Below, piece after piece: positions 20,301 through 30,160 of a DNA stretch of 64,000 nucleotides. Location of the stretch: the IMG/VR virus record IMGVR_UViG_3300013111_000325, positions 32,001 to 96,000 of that record; one strand, given 5' to 3'. This stretch comes from a virus. Below the pieces are notes generated by a model. It was not told where the DNA came from. It made no database searches and worked only from the letters and a program-made list of their open reading frames with translations. The position numbers and the translations under genes were made by a program. Each line of letters opens with the position of its first letter. Within the stretch, counting starts at the first letter, position 1.

Positions 20301-21177
20301 AGAAACTGTTAGTGCAAGTTATGATACTGAAACGAGTATTGGTACATTAACTGTTAACGATGGTAATATTAGTCTTGATGTTGCTAGTCACGATCATGCT
20401 ACTTATGGTTTAAAATTAGGAGGCTCACTTGTAACATCATCTGCTGATGAGTTGAATATACTCGATGGATGTTTAGCAGATGTAACCGAATTAAATAGAT
20501 TACAAATTGTTAGCTTAGGACAAACCCAGGTTTCGAGATTTTTACACACAGATGATGAAAATAGAGTTGATTTTACTGCACTTGACGAAACAAAACCTGG
20601 ACAGATTACGGTAGCAAATGTAGTTGTAACTGGTACCACGACATCCTCTTCAAATACAACAGGAGCTTTAAAAGTAACTGGTGGTGCAGGAATTGCAAAG
20701 AGTGTAAACATTGGTCAAAAATTAACAGTTTATGGTAATACAACTTTCAATTCAAATGTCACAATTGCCGCAAGTGTTACTGATAACAGAATATTTTATG
20801 ATAATACGACTGATGATTTAAACTTAAAATTAAGAGTTGTCAGTTTTGGAACAACAAGTACGACTACAACTGATATTGGTGAGGATGCAAATAATGTTCT
20901 TGTTTTTGGAAATGGAGTTGCACCTTCAACAGTTCCTGAAGGACAAGCATATCTATATGCCAGAAATGTATCCGGAGGTGCGGATGATGGACTAACTCAC
21001 TTATTCACAAAAGATGAAGGTGGCAATGAAACTCAATTAGGACCGCATAATAAAGATAACGAATGGGAGTTTTATTCACGCAATACTAAAACTGGTAAAG
21101 TTACAAGAATAAATATGGAACGAATGATACGTAAATTAGAAGAATTTACAGGAGAAACTTTTATTGAAAATGAATAA
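17386..21177 (+). CDS. Long tail-fibre-like protein
   Basis: 1263 aa, N/T/G-rich beta repeats; TGxxxxxGGxGIAK repeats, TYDLG motifs, duplicated LKLxGxLxTSxAxExNxLDG. Confidence 0.8.
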   Translation: MADKRISGLTAMTTISKDDILLVVDDPAGTPTNKKVSIEKFFANVEPQIVFANVTAASNSTASSVTFRGGIGVSKNIIVDGNVTVNGVFTLAGNGAITNLSSDITPDTTITYDLGNSIASWKDVYVQKIVGHSGAIEVDANATFSANLTTTGANVYVNGTDLTVDANTTFKANLIVHSDTTNTVINSGNTHITSNTLLAGTNTVISSNLSSSANLTQTGILSLFNGANLTSNANATFFGNVSLGVTSGGGNPKGTDTVLLKIDAGNTFSSSNTTLEGTNTVISSNVTMSGANVNITGSNNYITANTTLTANLNITGANVYISPTGVANVYIKGNITTTGNTALGDDLSVAGNVNVTDTTDSETNTTGSIVTAGGVGIAKSLWVGENVNIHGNLHANGNITADGGTITLGSDDTDTVSFGADVGSHIIPDTDSTYDLGTTAKRFRNIWLDDAVATGNVNASGDITATGNVSGLFGNFTDNVKISTDKSLQLRDDTEYIHSNADGEISVISGSKVTITTTSLNTSANTTLAGETANVTANLFISGANTKISSANTTLDGTKTTIEGDDLVVTANTALPAFTSNTILVTTSANTNLDGSVNISGNVEMLHTVNVAANTFIGGHANVRGTSEVAGNVVMGSTSAGSKVTIHANNNLIINSNNENEFIKLDTKRTELYSNVNLDIAKHILAGNGVYVQDGTSVVFGGQLSINDTISTEGLLLLEDGTAYDSGTDDGAFILEDGGTDRIGSNSTGMIIGGDMILDNSEISSANGVISLGTYNGLANGVIRVSDAYNLPNTAGANGQFLRLLHGNIVFSSGSGTNMTDLHQDLTPQLGGKLDTDDYIITNDAQANVVIHGNTSVSSSAGVKLGSHPTLYTFVKDTNGRLGVNTIDPGHSLEVIGTFRASNDGEFSEDLDITSHNGIDIGLKLAGTLITSTAAEINTLDGFTGDVADLNKLSGTSDTLAPADLNAVENFEETVSASYDTETSIGTLTVNDGNISLDVASHDHATYGLKLGGSLVTSSADELNILDGCLADVTELNRLQIVSLGQTQVSRFLHTDDENRVDFTALDETKPGQITVANVVVTGTTTSSSNTTGALKVTGGAGIAKSVNIGQKLTVYGNTTFNSNVTIAASVTDNRIFYDNTTDDLNLKLRVVSFGTTSTTTTDIGEDANNVLVFGNGVAPSTVPEGQAYLYARNVSGGADDGLTHLFTKDEGGNETQLGPHNKDNEWEFYSRNTKTGKVTRINMERMIRKLEEFTGETFIENE

Positions 21178-21188
21178 TATGGAGCATT

Positions 21189-21386
21189 ATGGATAAAGAG
21201 CATGTTGAAAATGAAGTTGAAAGATTGACAAAAGATAAAATTCAAATTGAAACATCGATTGTCACATATGAGAAAGAATTGGCGAAGTTAAAGGCACAGA
21301 ATGATATGTTAACAGGTGCCTTACAAACTTGTAATTATTTTTTATCTCAATATGAAGAAGTAAAAGAAGAAACTGATAGTGTTTGA
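21189..21386 (+). CDS. Small coiled-coil protein (possible fibre chaperone)
   Basis: GGAG RBS; heptads; directly after the fibre gene. Confidence 0.55.
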   Translation: MDKEHVENEVERLTKDKIQIETSIVTYEKELAKLKAQNDMLTGALQTCNYFLSQYEEVKEETDSV

Positions 21387-21768
21387 AAATTTAAATGAAG
21401 ATAATTTTATATTATATGCGATGAAATATTATGAAAATACACAATGTTTAAGCGAGGTGGAATTTCATAATGATTTAAAAATTATAAAATATATTAAAAG
21501 ATTATTGAATAGATATTCGAAGACAGGTAAGATAAAGGAAAGATTAATGCTTAATCATTTAATTATGCTATCAAATGTTTTTCCTATTCCAGTGTTGGTA
21601 AGAATATTATTTTTGAAGATACCTGAAGATTATTGGAAAGAATTGAAAACGTTTTTGATTTTTTTGAAATATATGCCAGAAGTGATTTCAAGTATTAATC
21701 AAAGAACTATTATTAGTTCAGATATAGGTGTTGATTTGTACATAGCAGAGAAACTAAGGAAAATTTAA
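21379..21768 (+). CDS. Conserved T4-like hypothetical protein
   Basis: NFILYAMKYY.N.QC and LMLNHLI motifs common in marine T4-like phages. Confidence 0.7.
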   Translation: MFENLNEDNFILYAMKYYENTQCLSEVEFHNDLKIIKYIKRLLNRYSKTGKIKERLMLNHLIMLSNVFPIPVLVRILFLKIPEDYWKELKTFLIFLKYMPEVISSINQRTIISSDIGVDLYIAEKLRKI

Positions 21769-22514
21769 TGTCTCTATTAAAGTCAGCAGGAAACATATAT
21801 TTTGCTTATCAATTTTTAACGAAATTGACAACTCCATTTGAAAAGACCGAGGCATATAAATTAGGTATAATAGATGAAAAAGGCAAAGTTTTAAAGAAAC
21901 GAAGCAAACTCAAAAGTCAAGAAGAGAGAGATGCATACACGATAACAGATACTATGATCTTTAATCTTAAAAAACTATTAGGTAAAGTGCCTGGTGGTAA
22001 AACAAGGTTTGCAACATTTGCCGCCGCATTATTTTTACTTAAAGAAGATTTAACTTATAGACATTATCAAGATCAGAGTTTTTTACAAGAAGAATTTTTC
22101 AAGTTTATGAAAACAGATGAAAAAAATGTACAAATGGTGAGAGAACAGATTACATTAAGAGAAAAATATCTTGAAGAGTTAGATGCAGGCAGTGGTAATA
22201 TAGCAAGTATTGGTGTAGGACCAGATGGTGAACCTCCAGGTATTACGGCGGCACAAAAAAAGAAAAAAAGAGAAAAATTTGCAGGGGCAGAGGTTTTCAC
22301 AGTTGACCCAAATGTATTCATGAAAGCAAGATTTGGTAAAAAGAAATATGCAAAATATGAGAATTATGTAGGTAATGATGAAGTAGGTGAAGAGATAAGA
22401 CAATACGGTAGAGCAAATCCAAGTAAACCTATCATAATTAAAGATAGTTTAACTGGGGCCATGCTTTATCTTAAATACGGAAAAGATAATGCAAGGATTC
22501 AAAACTTTTATTAA
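21768..22514 (+). CDS. Conserved T4-like hypothetical protein (primase-upstream family)
   Basis: LTTPFEKTEAYKLGIIDEKG motif. Confidence 0.7.
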   Translation: MSLLKSAGNIYFAYQFLTKLTTPFEKTEAYKLGIIDEKGKVLKKRSKLKSQEERDAYTITDTMIFNLKKLLGKVPGGKTRFATFAAALFLLKEDLTYRHYQDQSFLQEEFFKFMKTDEKNVQMVREQITLREKYLEELDAGSGNIASIGVGPDGEPPGITAAQKKKKREKFAGAEVFTVDPNVFMKARFGKKKYAKYENYVGNDEVGEEIRQYGRANPSKPIIIKDSLTGAMLYLKYGKDNARIQNFY

Positions 22515-22716
22515 AAACAGTAAAAAAAGAACAGTTGGCAATTCAACTTTGGAATACTCTACTGGTGCTTTACCGCCAATAGACGGAAAATGTCCAGACG
22601 GATTTACTATGCACAATGAATTAGGAGGTTGTGTGCCAGCAGGACCAGAATTGCATGATATGAGTATGCCTGAAGTAGGTGACTCATATCCTGCTGGGAC
22701 CCCGAAAAATGTTTAG
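22489..22716 (+). CDS. Hypothetical protein
   Basis: MQGFKTFI N-terminus; CPDG..C motif. Confidence 0.55.
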   Translation: MQGFKTFIKNSKKRTVGNSTLEYSTGALPPIDGKCPDGFTMHNELGGCVPAGPELHDMSMPEVGDSYPAGTPKNV

Positions 22717-22723
22717 GAGTTAA

Positions 22724-23659
22724 ATGGCAGTTATAAGACAAAATTTAGAATTATTATCACCTGACGAAGGTGATGCTGATGGTTCTAGACAAAATAAAAT
22801 TACGTTCTATGGTTTTAAAAGTGGTGATGCCGATTTCAATGATGTCACAAGTGGTATTGGGCCTACAACTCAAGCAACAGGAACTGGATTAAACGATGCA
22901 ACATTTGGAGGATCTTATACGGGCAGTTCGACAAAAACTTATCAAGTAAAAATTACAGCCGTTGGAACTCCAGATTCTTTTCAATATAGTGATGACGGAG
23001 GATCTACTTTTAATGGGGTAAACATAGAGATAAGAAGTGATGGTGTTCAAGCATTAGCCGAGGGTGTTACAATTATTTTTGGAGCAACAACAGGACATAC
23101 GTTAAATGATGTATGGGAATCAACAGTTATTGTTCCTCTCACAACTTTAACTGCTCCACACAAAATGGCTGAAATTGAAGTAAATCATCCAGGAACAAGT
23201 GCCGATGTAAAAGGTAGATTGATTTTACGGTCAAATGATGGCGGACAGATAGGAAGTGTGTCAATTCATGCCGCCGTTGGATCTCCAGCAACTGGAGATA
23301 TTACAACAAGTGGCGATTATACAGGAGGTCCATCACCTGTCACTTATTATATCAAAACAACAGATATAACATCCACACCTCACAAGTGGGCATGGAGCAC
23401 AAATAATTTAAATTATAGTGATGATATTGACATGGCAACAAGTGCTACGGCTGTAGAAAAAGGTATATCTATTGCATGGACAGGAACAACTGCAGGTGAT
23501 GCTGTTGGTGATATTTATAAGTTTTCAGTTGGGCAAGATAACGTGCAATTACATGCAAATGGAGACATGGTCGTTTCTGATAAAGTAGTTTCAGAAGGTG
23601 GTCATTATGTGCCTAAAATTTTCGATGTGAGTGGAACTCTACTTAATACATATTCGTAA
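22724..23659 (+). CDS. Virion structural protein with two internal beta-domain repeats
   Basis: G.YTG...TY.xK repeat twice; G/T/S-rich; AGGAG RBS. Confidence 0.65.
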   Translation: MAVIRQNLELLSPDEGDADGSRQNKITFYGFKSGDADFNDVTSGIGPTTQATGTGLNDATFGGSYTGSSTKTYQVKITAVGTPDSFQYSDDGGSTFNGVNIEIRSDGVQALAEGVTIIFGATTGHTLNDVWESTVIVPLTTLTAPHKMAEIEVNHPGTSADVKGRLILRSNDGGQIGSVSIHAAVGSPATGDITTSGDYTGGPSPVTYYIKTTDITSTPHKWAWSTNNLNYSDDIDMATSATAVEKGISIAWTGTTAGDAVGDIYKFSVGQDNVQLHANGDMVVSDKVVSEGGHYVPKIFDVSGTLLNTYS

Positions 23660-23689
23660 TGACTGATTTTAAACAGAATGGAGAAATAA

Positions 23690-24043
23690 ATGTCTGAAAG
23701 AGGTATTAAAGAAACAAAAGAAGTTTTGGCTTTTGTTTTCAGTCTTGGTAATGCGATAAAAGTTAGTTTGTCTGATGGAGATTTTGATTTTTGGGATGCC
23801 AAAAATTTTGTAGAGCCTTTAAAAAAAATTGCTCCTGCAGTAGAAAATATTGATGAAGTTCTTCCAGAATTAGAAGATTTGTCCTTGGATGAGGTTATGG
23901 AATTAACTAAATATTCTATGACAGAGTTGGGTTTAGGGGGAAATATCGATATAGATGCTGAGGTCGAAGCCGCCGCAGAAACAGTACAAAATGCTATTAC
24001 CATGGGTAAAAGTTTATTAAAAATAGTCAATGGCATCGGATAA
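23690..24043 (+). CDS. Hypothetical protein
   Basis: GGAG RBS; GIKETKE..DG.FD.WD pattern. Confidence 0.7.
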   Translation: MSERGIKETKEVLAFVFSLGNAIKVSLSDGDFDFWDAKNFVEPLKKIAPAVENIDEVLPELEDLSLDEVMELTKYSMTELGLGGNIDIDAEVEAAAETVQNAITMGKSLLKIVNGIG

Positions 24044-24046
24044 TTA

Positions 24047-24256
24047 ATGGAACACGAGAATTTGGTACAAATGATTATAACGCCTATGATAGTGGCTATC
24101 ATTGCTATGATAGGTTGGAGTCTTGCTTCTGTTATAGAATTAAAAGAAGAAGTGGCTCAGGTTAAATCAGAAGTAAAATATATTTCAAAGCAAGTTGATT
24201 TGTTGCGAGATCAGCTTGCTTTGGTATATGATGTGGAAATGTATGCAAAACAATGA
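24047..24256 (+). CDS. Small membrane and coiled-coil protein
   Basis: One TM helix then a coiled coil. Confidence 0.6.
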   Translation: MEHENLVQMIITPMIVAIIAMIGWSLASVIELKEEVAQVKSEVKYISKQVDLLRDQLALVYDVEMYAKQ

Positions 24257-24389
24257 TCTTGTGAAATTAGCACTATCTCTTAAAAAAAAGACAAAGACAA
24301 GAGATCTGGTTCCTCTTTATGAATTTGCTAAAAAAAATAATATAAAAGAAGAAGAACTTATAACTGTAATCAAACAGGTTGGGATATAA
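24243..24389 (+). CDS. Small hypothetical protein
   Basis: In-frame ATG within track ORF 24195..24389. Confidence 0.45.
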   Translation: MQNNDLVKLALSLKKKTKTRDLVPLYEFAKKNNIKEEELITVIKQVGI

Positions 24390-24390
24390 T

Positions 24391-24419
24391 TTGACATTTT
24401 GAACTTTTTGTTATATAAT
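24391..24419 (+). promoter_or_regulatory. Sigma70-like promoter upstream of primase
   Basis: TTGACA-17-TATAAT, perfect consensus. Confidence 0.75.
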
Positions 24420-24450
24420 ATAGTTATTTTCAACCCTTTCATTTTATATT

Positions 24451-25464
24451 ATGAGTATCTACATTGATCAAAAATTCATCAATTTACTCTCAGGACAATT
24501 AGAACGATTTACACGCAAAAGAGATGATCTGTATAATTTCAGATGTCCTATCTGTGGTGATTCACAAAAGAAAAAACATAAAGCGAGAGGCTATGTCTAT
24601 CGTAAAGAAAATCTTTTGTTTTATCGATGTCATAATTGTTCTGCGAGTATGAGTCTTGCCAATCTTATCAAGCAAATAAATCCTACCTTACATAAACAAT
24701 ATGTTCTTGAAAGTTATACAAATAATGCTTCTACGTTTTCTCCAGTAGAAAAACCTGAATTCAAGTTTGAGCCACCTAAATTTTCTGATAGTCTTTCACC
24801 TTTACAAAAATTGAAGTCAATCAATTTACTTAATGACGAGCATTATTGTAAAGAGTATGTGAATAAGAGAGGCATACCGAAAGAGCATCATAGAAATTTA
24901 TTCTATACAGAAAATTTTAAGACTTTTGTTCAAGGTCTTGAAATCTCCGATGTTGATATATATAAGCATCTTTATGAAGAGCCGAGGTTAGTGATTCCTT
25001 TCTTTGATAAATCACGGAAGATGTTTGCCGTTCAAGGACGAGCCCTAGGTCAATCGGACCTGAGATATATTACTGTAAGAATTGATGAACAATACCCTAA
25101 AATATATGGTCTTGATAGAGTTGATATAAGTAAGCCAATTTATGTAGTCGAAGGTCCGATTGACTCCTTGTTCATAGATAATTGTATTGCGGTTGCAGGT
25201 GGTGATTTAGTTTCAGCAATAAAACATTTCATTAATCAAGAACTGATATTTGTTTACGATAATGAAAGAAGAAATCGTGAGACAATCAAAAAGATGGAAG
25301 CAACAATTGAGAGACACCATAAAATAGTAATTTGGCCTCGGTACATAGAGCATAAAGATATTAATGATATGATTTTGAGTGGAATAGATGTTATAAATGA
25401 GTTAAAAAATAATGTCTATTCTGGTCTAATTGCGAAAACAAAAATGTTGGAATTTAAAATATGA
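24451..25464 (+). CDS. gp61: DNA primase (T4 gp61-like)
   Basis: FRCPICGDS...CHNC zinc finger, VVEGPIDS TOPRIM, KDINDM. Confidence 0.95.
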   Translation: MSIYIDQKFINLLSGQLERFTRKRDDLYNFRCPICGDSQKKKHKARGYVYRKENLLFYRCHNCSASMSLANLIKQINPTLHKQYVLESYTNNASTFSPVEKPEFKFEPPKFSDSLSPLQKLKSINLLNDEHYCKEYVNKRGIPKEHHRNLFYTENFKTFVQGLEISDVDIYKHLYEEPRLVIPFFDKSRKMFAVQGRALGQSDLRYITVRIDEQYPKIYGLDRVDISKPIYVVEGPIDSLFIDNCIAVAGGDLVSAIKHFINQELIFVYDNERRNRETIKKMEATIERHHKIVIWPRYIEHKDINDMILSGIDVINELKNNVYSGLIAKTKMLEFKI

Positions 25465-26276
25465 AAATACATAAGCATGGTTTTGTGAAGTTATTAGAAG
25501 TGATGGGTAATGATGAGGAAGTTGAAAATGCCGCCCGAATTAGTTACGGTGAAGGTACACGGAAGGTTAACCAAACAAGAAACCTAATTCGTTATTTGAT
25601 GAGACACAAACATACATCACCATTTGAGATGTGCGAAGTGAAGTTTCATATTAAACTACCAATATTCGTGATGAGACAACTTGTTAGACATAGGACTGCT
25701 AACATAAACGAATACTCTGGTCGGTACTCATTAATGAGTGATGAATTTTATTTGCCTGCTGAAGCCGATGTACAAGAACAATCAGAAACAAACAATCAAG
25801 GTCGTGGTCAAGATTTGGATCAAGAAAATAAAATTCTTGTTTTAAGTCGCATGGTTGCAACTACCGATCAGGCAAAAGAGTGTTATAGACAAATTGCTAA
25901 CCCTACTCTTCTAGATGGATTTTATGAAGGGTTTAAGGGTATTGCAAGAGAAATTGCAAGAACAGTTTTACCAGTTTCAAATTACACCGAGTGTATTTGG
26001 AAAATAGATTTACATAACTTTTTTCATTTTGCAAAATTACGTATGGATGCTCACGCACAAAAAGAGATACAAGATTACGCAAGTGCAATGTATGAATTGG
26101 TAAAACCACATTTTCCTATTTGTTGTGAAGCCTTTGAAGACTATATTTTAAACTCAAAGACATTTTCCGCCAAAGAGATGAGGATTATCAAAGAGAATCT
26201 AAATGGAAGTTGGGTAATGGCAAAATATGGTCTATCAGAACGAGAATCAAAAGAATTTTTAGAAAAATTAAAATAA
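25461..26276 (+). CDS. thyX: Flavin-dependent thymidylate synthase
   Basis: HTSPFE, RQLVRHRTANINEYSGRY ThyX motif, HAQKEI. Confidence 0.96.
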   Translation: MKIHKHGFVKLLEVMGNDEEVENAARISYGEGTRKVNQTRNLIRYLMRHKHTSPFEMCEVKFHIKLPIFVMRQLVRHRTANINEYSGRYSLMSDEFYLPAEADVQEQSETNNQGRGQDLDQENKILVLSRMVATTDQAKECYRQIANPTLLDGFYEGFKGIAREIARTVLPVSNYTECIWKIDLHNFFHFAKLRMDAHAQKEIQDYASAMYELVKPHFPICCEAFEDYILNSKTFSAKEMRIIKENLNGSWVMAKYGLSERESKEFLEKLK

Positions 26277-26285
26277 GGAGCAAAA

Positions 26286-28217
26286 ATGCCTCTACCTACC
26301 GAGTACCAATCATTTATTCACTTATCAAGATATGCAAGATGGAATTATACATTAAAACGTAGAGAATCATGGGAAGAAACAGTTGACAGATTGGTTACTT
26401 TTTTTAAAGAACATTTAGATACAAAACATAGTTTTAAATTAGATAATGGGTTAGAGGCAGATCTGAGAGAGGCTATCACTAATCTAGATGTTATGCCTAG
26501 CATGAGATGCTTGATGACCGCAGGTGAAGCCCTTAAGAAAGAAAACATTGCAGGATATAATTGTTCATATGTTAAGGTAGATGTTCCAAGATCCTTTGAT
26601 GAAGTGTTGTATATTCTCATGAATGGTACTGGTGTGGGATTTTCAGTAGAAGAAGAGTATGTGGCTCAATTACCAATAGTTGCCGAAGAGTTTCATGAGA
26701 CTGACACAACAATAGTTGTAGCAGATAGTAAATTAGGATGGGCTAAAGCATATAAAGAATTACTCTCACTTATTTGGCAAGGTCAAATACCAAAGTGGGA
26801 TCTTTCAAATGTGAGACCTGCAGGAGCACCACTCAAAACATTTGGAGGTAGAGCATCAGGTCCTGAGCCATTAGATGAACTGTTTAAGTTTACAATAAAT
26901 ACATTTCAGAATAGTGCAGGGCGTAAACTTAAACCGGTAGAAGCACATGATATTATATGTAAAATTGCAGAAATTGTTGTTGTTGGTGGGGTCCGCCGTT
27001 CTGCTCTTATCAGCCTGTCAAACTTACAAGACGAAACAATGCGACATGCTAAGTCAGGACAGTGGTGGGAGAATAATAAACAACGAGCCCTCGCCAATAA
27101 TTCGGTTAACTATAAAGAAAAGCCAGACATTGGGACTTTCATGCGAGAGTGGCTATCCCTCTACGATTCTAAATCGGGAGAGCGTGGAATCTATAACAGT
27201 ATGTCGGCCAAAAAACAAGTAGAAAGTTTAAACAATGAAGAAGAAATCAGAAGAGAACCAAGAGAAGACTTTGGAACTAACCCCTGCAGTGAGATCATAC
27301 TTAGAAGCAGAGAGTTTTGCAACCTTTCAGAAGTCGTTGTCCGTGGACGGGACACTGCCGAATCTTTACGGAAGAAAGTTCGCATGGCGACTATCCTTGG
27401 CACATTTCAATCAACCCTCACAAATTTCAAATACCTCTCCAGAGAGTGGAAACGAAACTGCGATGAAGAACGACTTCTTGGAGTCTCTCTCACAGGAATA
27501 ATGGACAATGCTCTTACAAATGGTAAGAAAAAAGGGCTAGAAGATTTATTAGAGAATCTTAAACAAGAAGCGGTTGCAACAAACAAAGAATTTGCAGAGA
27601 AACTTGACATTCCTCAATCTGCCGCTATTACATGCGTTAAGCCAAGCGGAACGGTTAGTCAGTTAGTCGATTCTGCATCAGGTATCCATGCCAGACATAA
27701 TCCATATTACATTAGAACTGTACGTGCAGACAACAAAGATCCTTTGTGTGCGTTCATGAAAGATGCAGGGTTTCCAAACGAAGCAGATGTAATGAAACCA
27801 CAACATACAACTGTATTTTCATTTCCAATGCAGAGTCCAAAAAATGCAGTATTTAGACAAGATATGACCGCAAAAGAGCAACTTGAACTCTGGCAGAAAT
27901 ATCAAACTCATTGGTGTGAGCATAAACCATCAGTGACAATTTCAGTCAAAGAACATGAATGGATGGAAGTAGGTAACTGGGTTTGGGACAACTTTGACAA
28001 TATCAGTGGTATCTCATTTCTTCCTTTTAATGAACATACTTATCGTCAAGCACCATATCAAGATTGTACAAAAGAAGAATATGAAGAAGCATTGAAAACA
28101 ATGCCAAAAAATGTTGATTGGTTACAGTTGGCTAAATACGAAGAGCAAGACTTTACTGCTGGAGCACAAGAATTGGCTTGTGCCTCCGATGGTGGTTGTG
28201 AAGTGGTGGACATCTAA
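26286..28217 (+). CDS. nrdJ: Class II (adenosylcobalamin-dependent) ribonucleotide reductase
   Basis: YNCS, GGVRRSA, TNPCSE, FCNLSE, KPSGT, C-terminal CxxxGGC; no beta subunit gene nearby. Confidence 0.92.
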   Translation: MPLPTEYQSFIHLSRYARWNYTLKRRESWEETVDRLVTFFKEHLDTKHSFKLDNGLEADLREAITNLDVMPSMRCLMTAGEALKKENIAGYNCSYVKVDVPRSFDEVLYILMNGTGVGFSVEEEYVAQLPIVAEEFHETDTTIVVADSKLGWAKAYKELLSLIWQGQIPKWDLSNVRPAGAPLKTFGGRASGPEPLDELFKFTINTFQNSAGRKLKPVEAHDIICKIAEIVVVGGVRRSALISLSNLQDETMRHAKSGQWWENNKQRALANNSVNYKEKPDIGTFMREWLSLYDSKSGERGIYNSMSAKKQVESLNNEEEIRREPREDFGTNPCSEIILRSREFCNLSEVVVRGRDTAESLRKKVRMATILGTFQSTLTNFKYLSREWKRNCDEERLLGVSLTGIMDNALTNGKKKGLEDLLENLKQEAVATNKEFAEKLDIPQSAAITCVKPSGTVSQLVDSASGIHARHNPYYIRTVRADNKDPLCAFMKDAGFPNEADVMKPQHTTVFSFPMQSPKNAVFRQDMTAKEQLELWQKYQTHWCEHKPSVTISVKEHEWMEVGNWVWDNFDNISGISFLPFNEHTYRQAPYQDCTKEEYEEALKTMPKNVDWLQLAKYEEQDFTAGAQELACASDGGCEVVDI

Positions 28218-28420
28218 TGCAAGTATTATCAGATGCGTTGTCCGAGAAAGATGAATTATATCAGACTATACGACACTATGAGGACTTATTAAGCGAACAA
28301 TTGATCGTTCCATCACACCTATATAATGCAGTAAAGATAAAAGAATTGCGAGAAAAACTATATTATTATAAGGCTGAATACGATGGATATGTCAATGGTC
28401 CCAGAACACTATGCGGATAA
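28217..28420 (+). CDS. Hypothetical protein
   Basis: TAATG-coupled to nrdJ. Confidence 0.55.
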   Translation: MQVLSDALSEKDELYQTIRHYEDLLSEQLIVPSHLYNAVKIKELREKLYYYKAEYDGYVNGPRTLCG

Positions 28421-28628
28421 TCTCCTAGCGGAGATCATGGACGAGATTGAAAATGAAATGACTAGGGTTTCTAACTTACGAGAAAAAATAAGAAGAAACC
28501 CTAAACCAGACCTTAATCATTTGGTCATGCCAGAACGACTTAAATGTTATTCTGACGGACTTAAACATTGTTATCATTTATTAAAAAAATATAAGGATTC
28601 GGAGAGGCCTGCAAATGAACGAGATTGA
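28383..28628 (+). CDS. Hypothetical protein
   Basis: Overlapping ORF in the operon. Confidence 0.55.
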   Translation: MDMSMVPEHYADNLLAEIMDEIENEMTRVSNLREKIRRNPKPDLNHLVMPERLKCYSDGLKHCYHLLKKYKDSERPANERD

Positions 28629-28761
28629 AAAGGATTTTGATTGCGTTGAGTGTAGCGAATCATATATAGTTACATGGACTAGTCATAGGGCACCATCCCA
28701 CTGTCCTTTTTGCGGTGCCTATGTAGAAACACCAGAAGAAGATGAAGATAATTGGGATTGA
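28615..28761 (+). CDS. Small zinc-ribbon protein (48 aa)
   Basis: Read by hand: MNEIEKDFDCVEC...HCPFCG...; GGAGAGG RBS; absent from the ORF track. Confidence 0.7.
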   Translation: MNEIEKDFDCVECSESYIVTWTSHRAPSHCPFCGAYVETPEEDEDNWD

Positions 28762-29314
28762 TTATTCATTAACCAGTCCTGCAATAACACTGTACAATGG
28801 AAACGATAAGTGGAATTATAATTCTGGCACTTGTACTCATTTTTGTTTGGCGAATAATGAACGACAACGATCAAAATGGGCCGAGATTCGGAGCATAAAA
28901 ACAGACATATATCCTGCTTGGGAAACTGATTTGCAGAGGTATCATGGGCTTGCAAACTGGGTGATTAATTGTTGTATTACTGCAACAAGCCCAGAAAGAC
29001 CGAAAGCATATATAGAAGACTACGCATATGCCGCCACTGGTAGAGTATTTCACATAGCAGAGAATATGGCAATACTCAAAGACACACTCACAAAATGGGG
29101 AATCAAATACGAGATGGTTGCTCCTACCGTTATTAAAAAATACGCTACAACTAAAGGTAATGCTAACAAAGAAAAAATGTATGATGCATTCACCGATGAG
29201 ACTAATAGAAACCTATTAGACGAGTTTAACATTAAACTAAATAATCCTATCACAGATATAGTTGATAGTTATTACATAGCAAAGTACGGACACGCCTATG
29301 GCAACAATACCTGA
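28742..29314 (+). CDS. RuvC-like Holliday-junction resolvase / RNase H-fold nuclease
   Basis: IIGIDYS, YIEDY, KGNANKEKM and DIVDSY motifs. Confidence 0.85.
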   Translation: MKIIGIDYSLTSPAITLYNGNDKWNYNSGTCTHFCLANNERQRSKWAEIRSIKTDIYPAWETDLQRYHGLANWVINCCITATSPERPKAYIEDYAYAATGRVFHIAENMAILKDTLTKWGIKYEMVAPTVIKKYATTKGNANKEKMYDAFTDETNRNLLDEFNIKLNNPITDIVDSYYIAKYGHAYGNNT

Positions 29315-29666
29315 AGAATACGCAGATTTTGATTTTGGTTTTTCTGCGGTAGATGATGAAGAATACAAAGCGAAAACGACTGAGGTCGAAAAGAAAATTG
29401 TAGAAGTCGAAGCAAAATCAGAATCCCTCACAAATCTAGAAAAAAAGATAGATTCCGCTATCAACGAAATCAATTACAAAAAAGAGTATCTTGAAGAAAA
29501 GTATGTGGAAGACATGCTTAAAGTTGAGAAACTTATTTTACCTCTATTGTATAATTTGATGAAAAATCCAGATAAAGATTATATTTACTGGCCAAAACGT
29601 GACGAAATCATTACAAAACAAATCGAAAAAATAAAAGATATAACGAGAGATATACAAGTCGATTAA
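29298..29666 (+). CDS. Conserved hypothetical protein
   Basis: DFDFGFSAVD and PLLYNLMKNPDKDYIYWP motifs. Confidence 0.7.
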   Translation: MATIPEEYADFDFGFSAVDDEEYKAKTTEVEKKIVEVEAKSESLTNLEKKIDSAINEINYKKEYLEEKYVEDMLKVEKLILPLLYNLMKNPDKDYIYWPKRDEIITKQIEKIKDITRDIQVD

Positions 29667-29674
29667 GGATTATC

Positions 29675-30145
29675 ATGAATAAATTATGGTATAGTTGGGA
29701 AGAAATGAGAAGAGATGTAAATGTGCTTGCAAGAGATATTGTTCTTGACAAATTCGACCCAAATGTGATTGTTGGATTATCCAGAGGTGGTCTCACTCCT
29801 GGTGTTATGTTATCTCATTGGTTCAAGAAACCGTTTAAGCCTGTTAAATCGTCATTGAGAGATTTTCCTGAATGGGAAGATTATTTGCCGAAACCCACCG
29901 ATGAAAGGGTTTTAATCGTTGATGATATATGTGATTCGGGAGAAACATTTGAAAAAATGGCTCAACATATCAAAGGTCCACGAAAAGGACCAGAACAGAA
30001 TATAGTTGATGTTAAATATGCAACCTTATGGTGGAACAATGAATGTAACTTTGAACCAACATATTATGTCAACGAGATTGCGAAGGATTCCACTAAAACA
30101 TGGATACATTTTCCGTGGGAGCAATGGTGGAATGCTCCAGTCTAA
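29675..30145 (+). CDS. Type I phosphoribosyltransferase (purine salvage-like)
   Basis: GLSRGG, VLIVDDICDSGET PRPP loop, WIHFPWE. Confidence 0.9.
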   Translation: MNKLWYSWEEMRRDVNVLARDIVLDKFDPNVIVGLSRGGLTPGVMLSHWFKKPFKPVKSSLRDFPEWEDYLPKPTDERVLIVDDICDSGETFEKMAQHIKGPRKGPEQNIVDVKYATLWWNNECNFEPTYYVNEIAKDSTKTWIHFPWEQWWNAPV

Positions 30146-30160
30146 TAAAAAAGGAGAAAA

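Noticed and set aside
1120..28217. Introns or inteins in gp43, gp41, thyX or nrdJ
   Set aside because: All are continuous ORFs of ordinary length with no splice or homing motifs seen
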